Shown here: positions 47,554-57,590 of the stretch, one piece after another | How the letters are laid out: every line of letters starts with the position of its first letter | Numbering within the stretch: position 1 is the stretch's first letter | Source of the DNA: a virus | UHGV virus genome: UHGV-1351772 | Length of the DNA stretch: 64,000 nt | Reading direction: 5' to 3' (one strand) | Notes under the pieces: model-generated | Told to the model about the DNA's origin: nothing | Databases searched by the model: none | The model's input: the letters and a program-made list of their open reading frames with translations, nothing else | Position numbers and translations under genes: made by a program

Positions 47554-48462
47554 TTACTGGTTGTTTATCGGTTTGGTGTTTTGGTTAAGTAATGTGTCGT
47601 ATGCCATGATAAAAGCGTCTTTACGTTTTGCCACGTCACATTTCTTAATTAGCCCACCTAAACGGGAGCGGTTAAATATCACGTTCTCTAAGCATGTGCG
47701 GGTAATAACAAAGAGAGACGGTGGATATTCGATGGCGCTGGTAACAAGTTGACGATCGTAGCTAATAAAGCTACCCAGGCTCGTTGCCAGCATACCTTGC
47801 AAACTTACTACGCTGAGATCTTTTAAGCGTGCGGTAATGTCTGCAGCTTTTACCATCTCGACAAATTCACCGATATTGCGTGGGAACAGGAACTCTGTGT
47901 TTCCGGTAACAGTTTCAAAAATCTGTGGTCCGAGGCGAAGTTCACGTTCTAACTGTTGCTGCATTCTTAACATTTTAACTTCATCTTCGAAGTTGTTGTA
48001 GAACTGCCCTACGGAGAACAGGGCAGCGAGTGCCTTGACTTGACCACTTTGATATGGAGCAAGTGCGTAGGTGTGTTCAATTGCATCGCTAATCCACCTG
48101 CTGAAGATCTCATGGTGATAAGACATACGTGACATTAATGCACCGAGCTTATCATTGTTCCGTTTCCACACTAATTCCCAACGTGCTTCGTCGAGACGTA
48201 ATTGGTGCTCAATGGGGTTACGGATTTTCAGTACGCCGTTTTTATCGAGCGTAGTGAAAGTTCGTGCGTCAACGTACACGTCATCACCGATGACGATCGG
48301 TAACGGGAACGGTTTTACATCGGCGGTTTCGATAACGTAATGTACTTCGTCAGACTGTGCAACGGTCTGATTGACTTTACGCGCCAGTTCCAAATCCGCG
48401 TGTAAGCGGGTAAGGTCTATGGTATTAAACGGAGTACCGTTGTAAGCGTTTTTGAGTGCCAT
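47554..48462 (-). CDS. hypothetical protein (302 aa)
   Basis: First gene of the minus-strand structural operon, divergent from the sheath gene. Confidence 0.5.
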   Translation of the reverse strand: MALKNAYNGTPFNTIDLTRLHADLELARKVNQTVAQSDEVHYVIETADVKPFPLPIVIGDDVYVDARTFTTLDKNGVLKIRNPIEHQLRLDEARWELVWKRNNDKLGALMSRMSYHHEIFSRWISDAIEHTYALAPYQSGQVKALAALFSVGQFYNNFEDEVKMLRMQQQLERELRLGPQIFETVTGNTEFLFPRNIGEFVEMVKAADITARLKDLSVVSLQGMLATSLGSFISYDRQLVTSAIEYPPSLFVITRTCLENVIFNRSRLGGLIKKCDVAKRKDAFIMAYDTLLNQNTKPINNQ

Positions 48463-48524
48463 GAGTATGATACCTTAGTATGACCCTTTTTCAAGGTCTT
48501 AAAGACTGAATATGGAGACGTTCC

Positions 48525-50582
48525 ATGAGTTTTATTCCACGAAACGGCGCGCCATTGAATAACAAGCAAGGGTGGCAGGATAACTCTGTCCCTGAGCTTG
48601 TCCGGACCCCCACGGGTGATCCGATTCATAAGCCGCTGATCTTCACCTTTGCATCACGCGGGGTAGACGACGAGGCGTTCCCGTTATCCGGGGATAATGC
48701 ATTGTCTCTGCTTGGTCGTGATTTGTTCGACCTGCGTGGCGATTACGCGACGTTCAACACACCCTTCCAGGCGATGTTTAATGCCAATGGTAACGAGTGT
48801 ATGTATCAGCGTCTGGTACCGGAAGATGCGAAAGTCGCAGCTGTCCGTCTGGTGGCTGACGTCCTCGAAACCAAAGTTCCTTCATACGAGCGTGTGAACG
48901 GCATTATCCAGTATGAAACTAACGGTAAGCCGAAGAAGAAAGCGGACGTTGATGGCTTGAAAGTGGTTTTCCGTCTGCAAGTTGTCGAAGATGTAAGCAC
49001 CCTGAAAAAAGGTGTGGTTACTGAAGGGACAATGACCGACGAAACTACCCAGGCGAAATCAAAGCTCTATCCGATCTTCGACATTAAAGGCCCGTACGCG
49101 GGTGCTGATGTCAACGGTTTCGGTTTTAAACTGGTTCCGCTGAACGAAAAATCCAGCCCATCTATCGCGTCTGCTTATCAGACCAACGTAGGTGGACGTA
49201 TGTACGCACTGCAATGGTTTGAAACCTTAGCAGGGGTTACATCGCCGGTAATTTGGAAGACCCTTAAAGGTCTTAGCAGCATCAATGTTAGCTTCAAGCC
49301 CGATGCATACTATCAGCCGATGGCTACTCAACTGGACTTCGAAGTCGTTGTTCCAGATGCCTATCGTCAGACGATGCCAGACATCGGTGGTCTGCCGGAC
49401 TACGGTCCTTTCGAAGAGTTCTACATTTACCGTGAAAACCTGGAAACTGTTCTGAAACTGGCACAGTCTAAAATTCAGAATGCGAAACCAGCGATCACCG
49501 ATCCGTATATGGTCGATATCTTCGGCGGCCTGGATTTAACCGGTCAAATGTACGATGGTCTGCAAGTTAGCCCATCTGATGAAGTGGGTAAAGTTGTCTT
49601 TTCTGCTTCTAACATTCACTATCTGCAGGGCGGTAGTGACGGGACGATGGGTAATGATGCTTACGACAAACTCGTGCGTCGTGAGATGAGTCAGTTCCCG
49701 GACGGCGGTAAAGTCCGTTACGATAACGAACTGAAATATTCGTTAGGCTGCTTCTGGGACTCCGGTTTTAGCATGGATACCAAGAAAGTGCTGACCAATT
49801 TCATTGGTCGTTCTCGTAACACGTTCTTGACACTCTGTACTCACGTTTATAACGAAGGTCGTAATGACTTACAAACCGAAGAGAACGTGAAGACAGCGCT
49901 GATCGAAATGATTACGTCCGTGCCTGAGTCGTCCTATTACGGTACCCCGGCGTGCCGTGGGATGATTACTGGCCAGTCTGCTTTCATCCGTAACTCGAGC
50001 TACAAGAAACCGGTTCCGATGTGTTATAGCATTGCGAACTTCTTCTCGAAGTATCTCGGTTCCGGTGAAGGACGTGCAAAACCGGCGTATCGTTTCAGCC
50101 GTGGTGAAGAGACGATCATCGAAGATCTGTACGATTTGAGTATGCCGTGGAAAGGTAACGAGATTTACGCGTCCGACTGGGATGTGTCCCTGGTTACCGC
50201 ACGTTCCCGCGACTACTATCGTTTGTTCATCCCAGCTATCCAGTCCATCTATAGCGAAGAACGTTCAGTGCTGAACAATGCACTGTTTAACTTTATCCTG
50301 ACTTACGTTTATCGTGTCAGCGATCAGGTTTGGGCAGATATGTCCGGTGAAAGCCGTATGACGGACGACGAACGCGCGAAAATGATTGAAAACAAAATCA
50401 CCGAGCGTTTGGAAGGTCGCCTGGATAATATTGCCGACATTACCCCGAGTGCGTATATGACAGCGGACGATAAAGCCAATGGCTACTCTATCACGCTGGA
50501 CATTAAAGCTGAAGGCGGTGTACTGTTGTCGCAGTTCAACACGACGATCAAAGTTTATCGTCGCAACAGTACGGAGGTCTAA
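48525..50582 (+). CDS. putative tail sheath protein
   Basis: 685 aa (phiKZ-type sheaths ~690 aa), strong optimal-codon bias, immediately followed by a ~290-aa gene and a strong terminator; assignment by size, expression signature and gene order, not by motif. Confidence 0.45.
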   Translation: MSFIPRNGAPLNNKQGWQDNSVPELVRTPTGDPIHKPLIFTFASRGVDDEAFPLSGDNALSLLGRDLFDLRGDYATFNTPFQAMFNANGNECMYQRLVPEDAKVAAVRLVADVLETKVPSYERVNGIIQYETNGKPKKKADVDGLKVVFRLQVVEDVSTLKKGVVTEGTMTDETTQAKSKLYPIFDIKGPYAGADVNGFGFKLVPLNEKSSPSIASAYQTNVGGRMYALQWFETLAGVTSPVIWKTLKGLSSINVSFKPDAYYQPMATQLDFEVVVPDAYRQTMPDIGGLPDYGPFEEFYIYRENLETVLKLAQSKIQNAKPAITDPYMVDIFGGLDLTGQMYDGLQVSPSDEVGKVVFSASNIHYLQGGSDGTMGNDAYDKLVRREMSQFPDGGKVRYDNELKYSLGCFWDSGFSMDTKKVLTNFIGRSRNTFLTLCTHVYNEGRNDLQTEENVKTALIEMITSVPESSYYGTPACRGMITGQSAFIRNSSYKKPVPMCYSIANFFSKYLGSGEGRAKPAYRFSRGEETIIEDLYDLSMPWKGNEIYASDWDVSLVTARSRDYYRLFIPAIQSIYSEERSVLNNALFNFILTYVYRVSDQVWADMSGESRMTDDERAKMIENKITERLEGRLDNIADITPSAYMTADDKANGYSITLDIKAEGGVLLSQFNTTIKVYRRNSTEV

Positions 50583-50585
50583 TAG

Positions 50586-51461
50586 ATGTCTATCAAAGAA
50601 CGCATGATTTTACCTGACCAGGGCCTCCACGTCGATGGCGGCCAGTACGATATGGTTAACCCCTTTTCGTCTGGTCAAAACGGTCCGGTCGGCCAGGTTG
50701 GTAAGTTCGTTACCAACGCCCACCGTCTGCGTCGTAACGTAATCGCACGTGTGATGGAATTCCCTCGTTGGGTTGATTACATGCCGAACCCACAACTGTG
50801 GCGTCAGGCAATCAAATCGTTCATCGAGGTTCACACCACGATTACCGGTCTGGACAAATCCCTGAGTGCTGAGTACGTACAGACCCAGCAGGGACGTAAC
50901 AACCGCGTTCAGTATGAAGCTGGTCTGGTAACGGAAGCACTGTCTTCGGTTACGCACACGACCCCGGATAAACTGGGTAAAGTGTATCAGAACATGCTCT
51001 GGGCGTGGTTGGTTTACGGTGTTTGTGATCCGCACACAGGCCACCCTGGTCTGGCGGCAATCAACCCGAACGTGCCAGATCACTTGCCGGATATGTACAG
51101 CATGACAGTGCTGTATTTCGAACCGGATGCGTATCAGCGTAAACCGCAGAACGCTTGGTGGCTGACGAACATGGCTCCTGAGTCTAACGGTCAGGATATC
51201 GGTGAACGTGACCCGAACACCGGACCTCAGACCAACGAACTGTCTATCACCTTCACCTCCCAGCAATGGACAGGTTGGGGTCCGATGCAGGCAGCTCAGA
51301 AAGAACTGGAGCGCATGAAGCTTTACGGTCTGCGTCCTTACGAACGCAAACTGTGGCTTACTCCGTCTCAACAGACCAACGGTATCAACCCAGACGTCGA
51401 TGCTACGGCTGGCGGTTATCGTTCTGTGTCCGACGAGCAGATGGCAAATCAGCTTCGTTAA
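50586..51461 (+). CDS. putative tail tube protein
   Basis: 291-aa highly codon-optimised ORF 4 bp after the putative sheath gene. Confidence 0.35.
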   Translation: MSIKERMILPDQGLHVDGGQYDMVNPFSSGQNGPVGQVGKFVTNAHRLRRNVIARVMEFPRWVDYMPNPQLWRQAIKSFIEVHTTITGLDKSLSAEYVQTQQGRNNRVQYEAGLVTEALSSVTHTTPDKLGKVYQNMLWAWLVYGVCDPHTGHPGLAAINPNVPDHLPDMYSMTVLYFEPDAYQRKPQNAWWLTNMAPESNGQDIGERDPNTGPQTNELSITFTSQQWTGWGPMQAAQKELERMKLYGLRPYERKLWLTPSQQTNGINPDVDATAGGYRSVSDEQMANQLR

Positions 51462-51462
51462 G

Positions 51463-51516
51463 CAAAAAAAATAAGTTTACCTACCTCCGTCAAGGAGGTA
51501 GGTAGCTTTTATTTTT
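51463..51516. terminator. bidirectional intrinsic terminator
   Basis: tacctacctcc-gtcaa-ggaggtaggta hairpin with A-run upstream and ttttatttttc downstream, between convergent genes. Confidence 0.7.
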
Positions 51517-52087
51517 CTTCTTGCGCCAGTTGTTTACGGGCAGAAGAACGAATAATTAAGTTTTTCATCTGCATTAACAGCAGGAACGTAGAGAGTAGAT
51601 CGAACGTGGTGGGTGGTGTGTTGGTGGTGTCGCTGGGATAAGCAACACGCCACAGTGTTAGTTCTGTGTCACCGTTTCCTTTTTCGTTACGTATAATTTC
51701 GTTGTTGTGCAAGCTAACCAATTCAGATTCCAACGCTTCTAATACATCTTCACCGAACTCAATCCGTAAGAGCTGTTTGAAACGGATAACGTAACCGGCG
51801 ACGACATTACCGACTGAACTGCTACGTATTTCGGTTAAGAAACGCTGGTAGCCGTTGATAGTGTGTGGGATCGTTTCAGCAGGCCATCCCGCGATGTGTG
51901 GAAACGCATCACCTAAAGTGGCTTGCATAGACAACGTAAAGATTTCACCGATCTGGTTAAGATGGCTAATGACTTCTGTACGGTTCATGACGTTAGGAAG
52001 CGCGACGGCCCGTTCTGTATTCGGCTTTTCTTGAGCCACGGGATAACCATCGAATAAGTTTTGCATTGTTTTATCTCCTGAAATCAA
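51509..52087 (-). CDS. hypothetical protein (192 aa)
   Basis: Minus-strand ORF. Confidence 0.5.
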   Translation of the reverse strand: MISGDKTMQNLFDGYPVAQEKPNTERAVALPNVMNRTEVISHLNQIGEIFTLSMQATLGDAFPHIAGWPAETIPHTINGYQRFLTEIRSSSVGNVVAGYVIRFKQLLRIEFGEDVLEALESELVSLHNNEIIRNEKGNGDTELTLWRVAYPSDTTNTPPTTFDLLSTFLLLMQMKNLIIRSSARKQLAQEEK

Positions 52088-52113
52088 AAAAATAAGGCGG
52101 TCATAAGACCGCC
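52081..52113 (-). terminator. intrinsic terminator
   Basis: ggcggtc-ataa-gaccgcc hairpin followed on the minus strand by TTATTTTTTTG. Confidence 0.6.
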
Positions 52114-52230
52114 CTAGATTTTATTTTCTCCGTCGATGGCTCAGGTAAACCAGACCATCAATCGGTCTAGGTGGCCCTGGCTTCCGAGAAAGAGGTTGTT
52201 GCCATTTCGTAGGATTGATTTTCTCTTCAG

Positions 52231-52255
52231 GAACAAAAGCCCGATATAGTCGGGC
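52231..52255 (-). terminator. intrinsic terminator (tandem with the previous one)
   Basis: gcccgatatagtcgggc hairpin followed on the minus strand by TTTTGTTCC, just after the stop of 52275..52757. Confidence 0.5.
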
Positions 52256-52274
52256 TCCTGAAATAATGCCGATC

Positions 52275-52757
52275 TTATTCGTCGTCTTCGTCATCGCCCG
52301 CCATCATCGCGTCGGCAAACACTTTGCGCATTTTCCCTTCCAGCTCTTTTGACTTAGGTACACCGTAACCAAAGCCGATAGAAGCTGCCCATTCAGACGC
52401 CCCTACTGTTTCCCCAGTCGGACGTGAGAACACCGTAGAGAACGACGCGTTACCAATATTCGTGGTAAGGTCCAGTGCGACCAGTTCGTCGTCTGCTTTC
52501 GCTTTCTCAACGATAAGTTCTGACGCAACCTTACCGTAGACTTCCAGGAAGTTCGCATCGTGTTGGCGAACCGCATCCGCATCCTGTAGCGTCAGACGAT
52601 AATCGGTGTCGTTCACTTTGATGACCGGAAGTGATTCTTCGTAGATTTTGATTAACGGGTCTGCGTTAAGTACCGCGCTTTCGTCCAGAGTCATTGCCGG
52701 AGTTTCCAGCGCATCGATCATTGCAGCCAGTTCTTTAGTAGACATTACTTGTGCCAT
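52275..52757 (-). CDS. hypothetical acidic protein (160 aa, C-terminal DDEDDE)
   Basis: Minus-strand ORF followed by two hairpin terminators. Confidence 0.5.
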   Translation of the reverse strand: MAQVMSTKELAAMIDALETPAMTLDESAVLNADPLIKIYEESLPVIKVNDTDYRLTLQDADAVRQHDANFLEVYGKVASELIVEKAKADDELVALDLTTNIGNASFSTVFSRPTGETVGASEWAASIGFGYGVPKSKELEGKMRKVFADAMMAGDDEDDE

Positions 52758-52776
52758 TTGATTTATTCCTTAAGGT

Positions 52777-53448
52777 TTACTGTTGTTGAAGACGGCTTTC
52801 TAAGCCAGTGATGATTTCGTCGGTGAAATACGCTAAGTCGAGCATTTCAACGTACTCTTGGCGTTCCAAGATTTCTTTCGCAAACAATGCGTTATACCAA
52901 TCAGGAACACGAGATTTACCATTACGACCGAACTTATTTTGTACGTGACTGATTGCATGGAATTTTGAATCGGTAACGGATTTTCCATGGTCACGTGCGT
53001 ATAAGTAAGAGCGGTGCATGTAATTTTTAACTTCTTCGACGGTAGGGATACCGCGATCGGCGGCAGCGACAATTTCAGAAACAATGGAATTATAACCACC
53101 TTTGTGGGAACTCCGATGTTCTAATACTGCATACGCTACCTCGGTTACATCGTCGGAACTAAGTTTAAAACGACGTCTGAGAATAGGCGCAGAATCAAGC
53201 ACGTAATTGAATGCTTTGATGTGGTGGGAGGCACGGTCGGCAGGTGTGGAGAAAATATCGTGCGCTGCTACAGCAACCAGAACATTCTTTAAGTGTTGAG
53301 TTTCGTTCAACAGGTAAGCGATACGGACAGCGTTCGACTTCACAGAAAGAATGTGGTCTAGTCGATGTGCGCTATCGGTATAGCGATAGAAATCGCGGAA
53401 GTGGCTAAGTACACGTTCCCAGAATTTATTAATTTCGGTAGCTTCCAT
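52777..53448 (-). CDS. HD-domain phosphohydrolase-like protein (tentative)
   Basis: RLDHILSV followed by VAVAAHDIFS (H...HD pattern of HD-domain metal sites). Confidence 0.4.
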   Translation of the reverse strand: MEATEINKFWERVLSHFRDFYRYTDSAHRLDHILSVKSNAVRIAYLLNETQHLKNVLVAVAAHDIFSTPADRASHHIKAFNYVLDSAPILRRRFKLSSDDVTEVAYAVLEHRSSHKGGYNSIVSEIVAAADRGIPTVEEVKNYMHRSYLYARDHGKSVTDSKFHAISHVQNKFGRNGKSRVPDWYNALFAKEILERQEYVEMLDLAYFTDEIITGLESRLQQQ

Positions 53449-53469
53449 TGATAATACCTTACAAGTCGA

Positions 53470-53895
53470 TTAAGAGAATGTGAACTGACAGCGTGCCAAC
53501 AGAATACGATGGTTTTTCCAATCGTCAGGTTCTTGGATAATGTTTCGATAAAGGATATGGTCGGTGCTTACTACCCTTGCAAGCTCTTGCACCATATCCG
53601 GGAGCGTAGATGCTTTTAGCCGATGCGCTTCACGCCACTTAGGAGACGCCATACGGCACAGAAACGCATCTTTAGGTACGATGGTATTGCTTTCCTCTTT
53701 TAACGTCTCTAAATGCGCCTCAACGCGTTTTACGTGGAGCTCAAGTGCTTGTGGGTCTGTTACGAAAGTATAGAATCTGTCATCGCGACGTAAGCTACAC
53801 AGAATCCATAAGGTAAAGGGGTCACGACAAATATCAATGAATTGTTCTGACCAGACCATGAGCTGCATCTCCCTGAGTGTTACCTGCGAGTTCAA
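53470..53895 (-). CDS. hypothetical protein (141 aa)
   Basis: Minus-strand ORF. Confidence 0.5.
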   Translation of the reverse strand: MNSQVTLREMQLMVWSEQFIDICRDPFTLWILCSLRRDDRFYTFVTDPQALELHVKRVEAHLETLKEESNTIVPKDAFLCRMASPKWREAHRLKASTLPDMVQELARVVSTDHILYRNIIQEPDDWKNHRILLARCQFTFS

Positions 53896-54259
53896 TTGTT
53901 ACTATATCGATATTCGTCATGGCCGCACGCAAGACAATTGCTAAGACCTCATGGTCAGATTCATCCAGTTTGGTCCAAAGCTTTTTATCCGCTTTCACTT
54001 CTGGAAGTAGTTTTTCAATTGATAAATTAATGTATTCGGATAACGGATGTGCTTTTCTCCATTTTTCGTCTTTAAGTGTCTCAACCAACACTTTCATGTT
54101 GCCCGGGAATTCCAGGATTTCTTTTTCTAAATACGCAGAGCTTTGTTCGCGCAGGTATGCTTCATCGGAGAGGAGACGGTTTAAATCTTCAGCAACACCT
54201 GCTGCTCTGACAGCGACCATCATTACAACAAACGGGTCTTTAAATAATTCGTTTTTCAT
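53834..54259 (-). CDS. hypothetical protein (141 aa; start possibly internal)
   Basis: Minus-strand ORF; overlaps the downstream ORF by ~60 bp in the track. Confidence 0.45.
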   Translation of the reverse strand: MKNELFKDPFVVMMVAVRAAGVAEDLNRLLSDEAYLREQSSAYLEKEILEFPGNMKVLVETLKDEKWRKAHPLSEYINLSIEKLLPEVKADKKLWTKLDESDHEVLAIVLRAAMTNIDIVTIELAGNTQGDAAHGLVRTIH

Positions 54260-54322
54260 CTTTAATACTCCTTTAGGTTAAACAGTCGAATAGCGTGTAA
54301 TTCTACAACGCTCACCTAAGTA

Positions 54323-54343
54323 AAATATATCTAAGATAATTTT
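54323..54343. promoter_or_regulatory. degenerate copy of the palindromic promoter motif
   Basis: aaatatatctaagataatttt shares the atatct...agata half-sites; lies in the 143-bp intergenic region upstream of 54259 (-). Confidence 0.35.
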
Positions 54344-54402
54344 CAATAGGGTTAAAATAAAGGTGGGCTAGTCTATTCGATGAATAGACTAGCCGAATGG
54401 TT

Positions 54403-54954
54403 TTACTGCACGCACAAAATCTGACCTGAGTATTCGAAGGGATTTTCTGCGAATGTTCTGAGTTGTCGACAAATGGCGTCAACGTCAGGCTCATCCGTCC
54501 GCGTATAGATCGCGGTCCCGTTCTTTAACACCCACTCACGGCAATTCCGGCCATAGTCATCCACTAACAATCTCCCCTTATCAGCGTAAGTCGCTTTTTC
54601 TGCAGAGTTTGTGGTTACGATAACTTTGTGACCAGGCACACCAAAGTGTTTCTCGAAGAATAATTTTTTACACTCAACAACACGGTCGTGATCGAAATGG
54701 TCTTCCGAACCCGACGTTAATATCGCCCAGCATTCCCCCAGACTTTCTACCGTTTCGAGGATTTTTGCGGCCTCGGGTATAGGGTCTAGTTTATAGAAAA
54801 GATCCGGGTCCTTTAAATACATTTCCCGGACCAGTGCACGGCGGTGCAATTCCGGCATTCCATGAAATTCTTGTATGGACATTCCTTGAAAGTGGTGGGT
54901 CAGCACGTATTTGCGCCAACTTGCGAATACGCCGTCACTATCTAAATTGAACAT
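54403..54954 (-). CDS. HAD-superfamily 5'(3')-deoxyribonucleotidase-like protein
   Basis: N-terminal FNLDSDGVFASW matches the NT5C-type motif I (VDMDGVLADF; DxDGV), with a later LLVDD aspartate motif; 183 aa. Confidence 0.5.
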   Translation of the reverse strand: MFNLDSDGVFASWRKYVLTHHFQGMSIQEFHGMPELHRRALVREMYLKDPDLFYKLDPIPEAAKILETVESLGECWAILTSGSEDHFDHDRVVECKKLFFEKHFGVPGHKVIVTTNSAEKATYADKGRLLVDDYGRNCREWVLKNGTAIYTRTDEPDVDAICRQLRTFAENPFEYSGQILCVQ

Positions 54955-55020
54955 TTTTGATTATCCTTTTTGTAGAAGTTCCTCCGACACAATAACGGTA
55001 GAAATCGTAAAATAAAAAAA

Positions 55021-55320
55021 TTAAGACTGCTTAATCGAAAGAATGAACCGAAACGGTTCAGTTAACAAGAGGTAAGTACGTGTAAAGTCGATTTCGGTAC
55101 CGGCTTGACGCACATCGCAATAAAATTTCGCGATATCTTGTTGTGAAATACCTGCGACAATGTTGTTGACTTTACGTTTGGTGTCAAAACGTTCAGCGAG
55201 TATCGAAGAAAGCACTTCCTTTCCAGCACGCTCTTGAACGGCATAGATTGTTAGTGCTTTCAATTCCTCAGGCGTTAAAGTTTGCAAAGTCGGAGGTATG
55301 GCAATGTTAACCACTTTCAT
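55021..55320 (-). CDS. hypothetical protein (99 aa)
   Basis: Minus-strand ORF. Confidence 0.45.
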   Translation of the reverse strand: MKVVNIAIPPTLQTLTPEELKALTIYAVQERAGKEVLSSILAERFDTKRKVNNIVAGISQQDIAKFYCDVRQAGTEIDFTRTYLLLTEPFRFILSIKQS

Positions 55321-55369
55321 GCTTCCCTCACAATCGACAAATTCGGGTTGCAGACCATGAACTGGGCGA

Positions 55370-56008
55370 TTATGGAGTTACAGTGTATTCGTTTAACGCA
55401 GCGTCAAAAATACCCCGAGAGATTTCCTTTGCATCAGAAATCGTAATCTGAGGTTCCCGTTCACTACACGCTACAGTAAGCTCGTAGAATGAACCACCCT
55501 TTAATAGCTGGTTAGCATTCAAACGAACGTCTTGGTTAAGCGCTACTGCTAACGTGTGAGTGTATCCGTTGTTTGCCAGTCGAACTAAACGCAGTTCACC
55601 GACCATACTGGGTTTAATTTCCCAGTTTGATAAGCGGTGAGGAACAATCCACACTTCATTAGCGCGGTAAGGCTCAGCCGACAGCTCTATCGAGGGCTGG
55701 ACAACATCACGTTCGTCGAACCCATACAGATAAAAACGTGGCACAGCGGTTGTGGTTTCCGCAGGTGTAAAGTAGCGACGGACACCACGCAGGCAGCGTT
55801 CTAAATCGACAGAGCAGCAAATACGGGGTACCGTTTTGTCTTCGTCTCTGTAAACGCTATAAGGAATCCGAGGTGTGAAAACCGAAATCTTTCGATCGCT
55901 GATATGCAACGGGGCGCTATCTAACTTTTTCAAAGAAACTTTCTTTGCGGTGCGCGGCAGTTGTTGCTCTAACCACTTCACCAACGAAGGTTCAATAGTA
56001 TCAGCCAT
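55370..56008 (-). CDS. hypothetical protein (212 aa)
   Basis: Minus-strand ORF contiguous with the next gene. Confidence 0.5.
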   Translation of the reverse strand: MADTIEPSLVKWLEQQLPRTAKKVSLKKLDSAPLHISDRKISVFTPRIPYSVYRDEDKTVPRICCSVDLERCLRGVRRYFTPAETTTAVPRFYLYGFDERDVVQPSIELSAEPYRANEVWIVPHRLSNWEIKPSMVGELRLVRLANNGYTHTLAVALNQDVRLNANQLLKGGSFYELTVACSEREPQITISDAKEISRGIFDAALNEYTVTP

Positions 56009-56812
56009 TTACCACTTCCCGTTACCTAAACCCATAACACGCAGGTTAGTTTTCTTATTAGCGATGGCCAGGTACTCCTGCGCTAACGCACGAACTTCAC
56101 CACGACGAGATTCTGTCGCGATAGTAGACGTAGTGTTAGGATTTCGCAGAATGTCCTCCAGCGCCTGGAGGGAGACGCGACGGTCCAGCAGAACGCGTGT
56201 GGATTCTTGAGCCACTTTACTACCGCGTTGAATCGCAGAGTATTTGTTACAAATCTGCAACCCGTCCTCGATAACCCAGTCAAACGTTACCAGGCGATCC
56301 AGGCGACGCGTTTTCACACCACCTACATAACCTTCACGCACGATTGCACGCAGAGAGAAACACACATTCTGGTGTGGGTTTTCGAGCGCTTCTGCTAAGT
56401 ACGGACCACGTTCACGGTTCGGCTTAATCCAGCCCCAGATTTCCATAACCGGCAACCCGTTACAGGTTTGGTCGGTTGGAATCACTTCAACTTCACGAAT
56501 GTGCATACAGACGTTTTTCGTCTCAATCCATTCGTTGCGATCAATCCATTGCGCTTCGGTCATACCAGGTTCTGGTGCTGGGTGATCTTCTTCCCCGAAC
56601 AGATTCCCTGCCTTCACTTTACGCATAAAGATATTCGAGCGTTCGAATACGTGCTTAGACTCGTTATAGGCGTAAAAAATCCCTTCCGAGTTAAAGATAT
56701 TCAAAGCACCCAATAGTACGCGGTAATAACCATCCGCGTCTTTCTCCAGTGTGGCTGGAGCGTTAACACCGGCTAACGCTACGCAGTTGTAACGCAGTGT
56801 TAAATTGTCCAT
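56009..56812 (-). CDS. hypothetical protein (267 aa)
   Basis: Minus-strand ORF. Confidence 0.5.
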   Translation of the reverse strand: MDNLTLRYNCVALAGVNAPATLEKDADGYYRVLLGALNIFNSEGIFYAYNESKHVFERSNIFMRKVKAGNLFGEEDHPAPEPGMTEAQWIDRNEWIETKNVCMHIREVEVIPTDQTCNGLPVMEIWGWIKPNRERGPYLAEALENPHQNVCFSLRAIVREGYVGGVKTRRLDRLVTFDWVIEDGLQICNKYSAIQRGSKVAQESTRVLLDRRVSLQALEDILRNPNTTSTIATESRRGEVRALAQEYLAIANKKTNLRVMGLGNGKW

Positions 56813-56843
56813 TGTTTTCCCCGAGTAAAAGTAAAAGGTAAGA

Positions 56844-57578
56844 TTACCTCATAAACAAATCTTCGAGCGGTTCGGCACGCACCGGGTCAACCTGTAGCGC
56901 AGAACGAATACCACGTTTAAGTTCTACGTCTGCAAGTTTCGCCAGTCTCGACGTTTTGTTAAGTGAACCACTGCGCAACGGAATAAACTGCACAGGGTTG
57001 TTAAGATCGCTATCTTTCTTCAGCGTGTAACGGAAGAACGTTCTCGGATCACCTACTTTACGCTGCGTGTGTGCTGCGTAAACGTCAGCGGTAATCTGAT
57101 CGGCAAATACAGTAAAACCGTTCCATTTCTTGACTTTATCAGGTGCCAAGAGTTCAGCATCATCCGCTGCAGTAAACCAGAAAGGACGATTACCAAAGTC
57201 GTAAATATACGACGCAATGTTGTAAATAGGGTGAGACAACACCTGTAAATTGCGGTTGGGGAAAACCACTGTACCGGGATCAAAACGAAATTCGTAATAA
57301 GGAACGCCAAAGACGTCGATCTCTTCAAACGCCGTTGGGGTAATTTCCATAAGCGTTGTCACGCTGGACACCCCATATGTTTTACGGTCGGTAGAAATCG
57401 CAAAGATCCCTACAATTGTTACCGTAGAAGAAATAACCGCCAACTCCTTCGCCACAAACCCAACGGGGATGTAAATGTAACACCCCCCTTTGGTAGTGGT
57501 GACCGTGCCGTTATTTACCAAGTCCGCATGAACCTTAGTAGGGTCACGACGGGCTGTTTCAATCGCACTCACGATCAC
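56844..57578 (-). CDS. hypothetical protein (244 aa)
   Basis: Minus-strand ORF. Confidence 0.5.
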   Translation of the reverse strand: MIVSAIETARRDPTKVHADLVNNGTVTTTKGGCYIYIPVGFVAKELAVISSTVTIVGIFAISTDRKTYGVSSVTTLMEITPTAFEEIDVFGVPYYEFRFDPGTVVFPNRNLQVLSHPIYNIASYIYDFGNRPFWFTAADDAELLAPDKVKKWNGFTVFADQITADVYAAHTQRKVGDPRTFFRYTLKKDSDLNNPVQFIPLRSGSLNKTSRLAKLADVELKRGIRSALQVDPVRAEPLEDLFMR

Positions 57579-57590
57579 CTCCTAAGCGCG

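Noticed and set aside
48525-50582. Major capsid protein assignment for the 685-aa plus-strand gene
   Set aside because: It is followed 4 bp later by a ~290-aa equally codon-optimised gene, which matches the sheath-tube pairing and sizes of phiKZ-type phages better than a capsid gene; retained only as an alternative.
50610-51371. 253-aa minus-strand ORF
   Set aside because: Fully antisense to the highly codon-optimised plus-strand tail-tube candidate; Arg/Val/Thr-rich shadow-frame composition.
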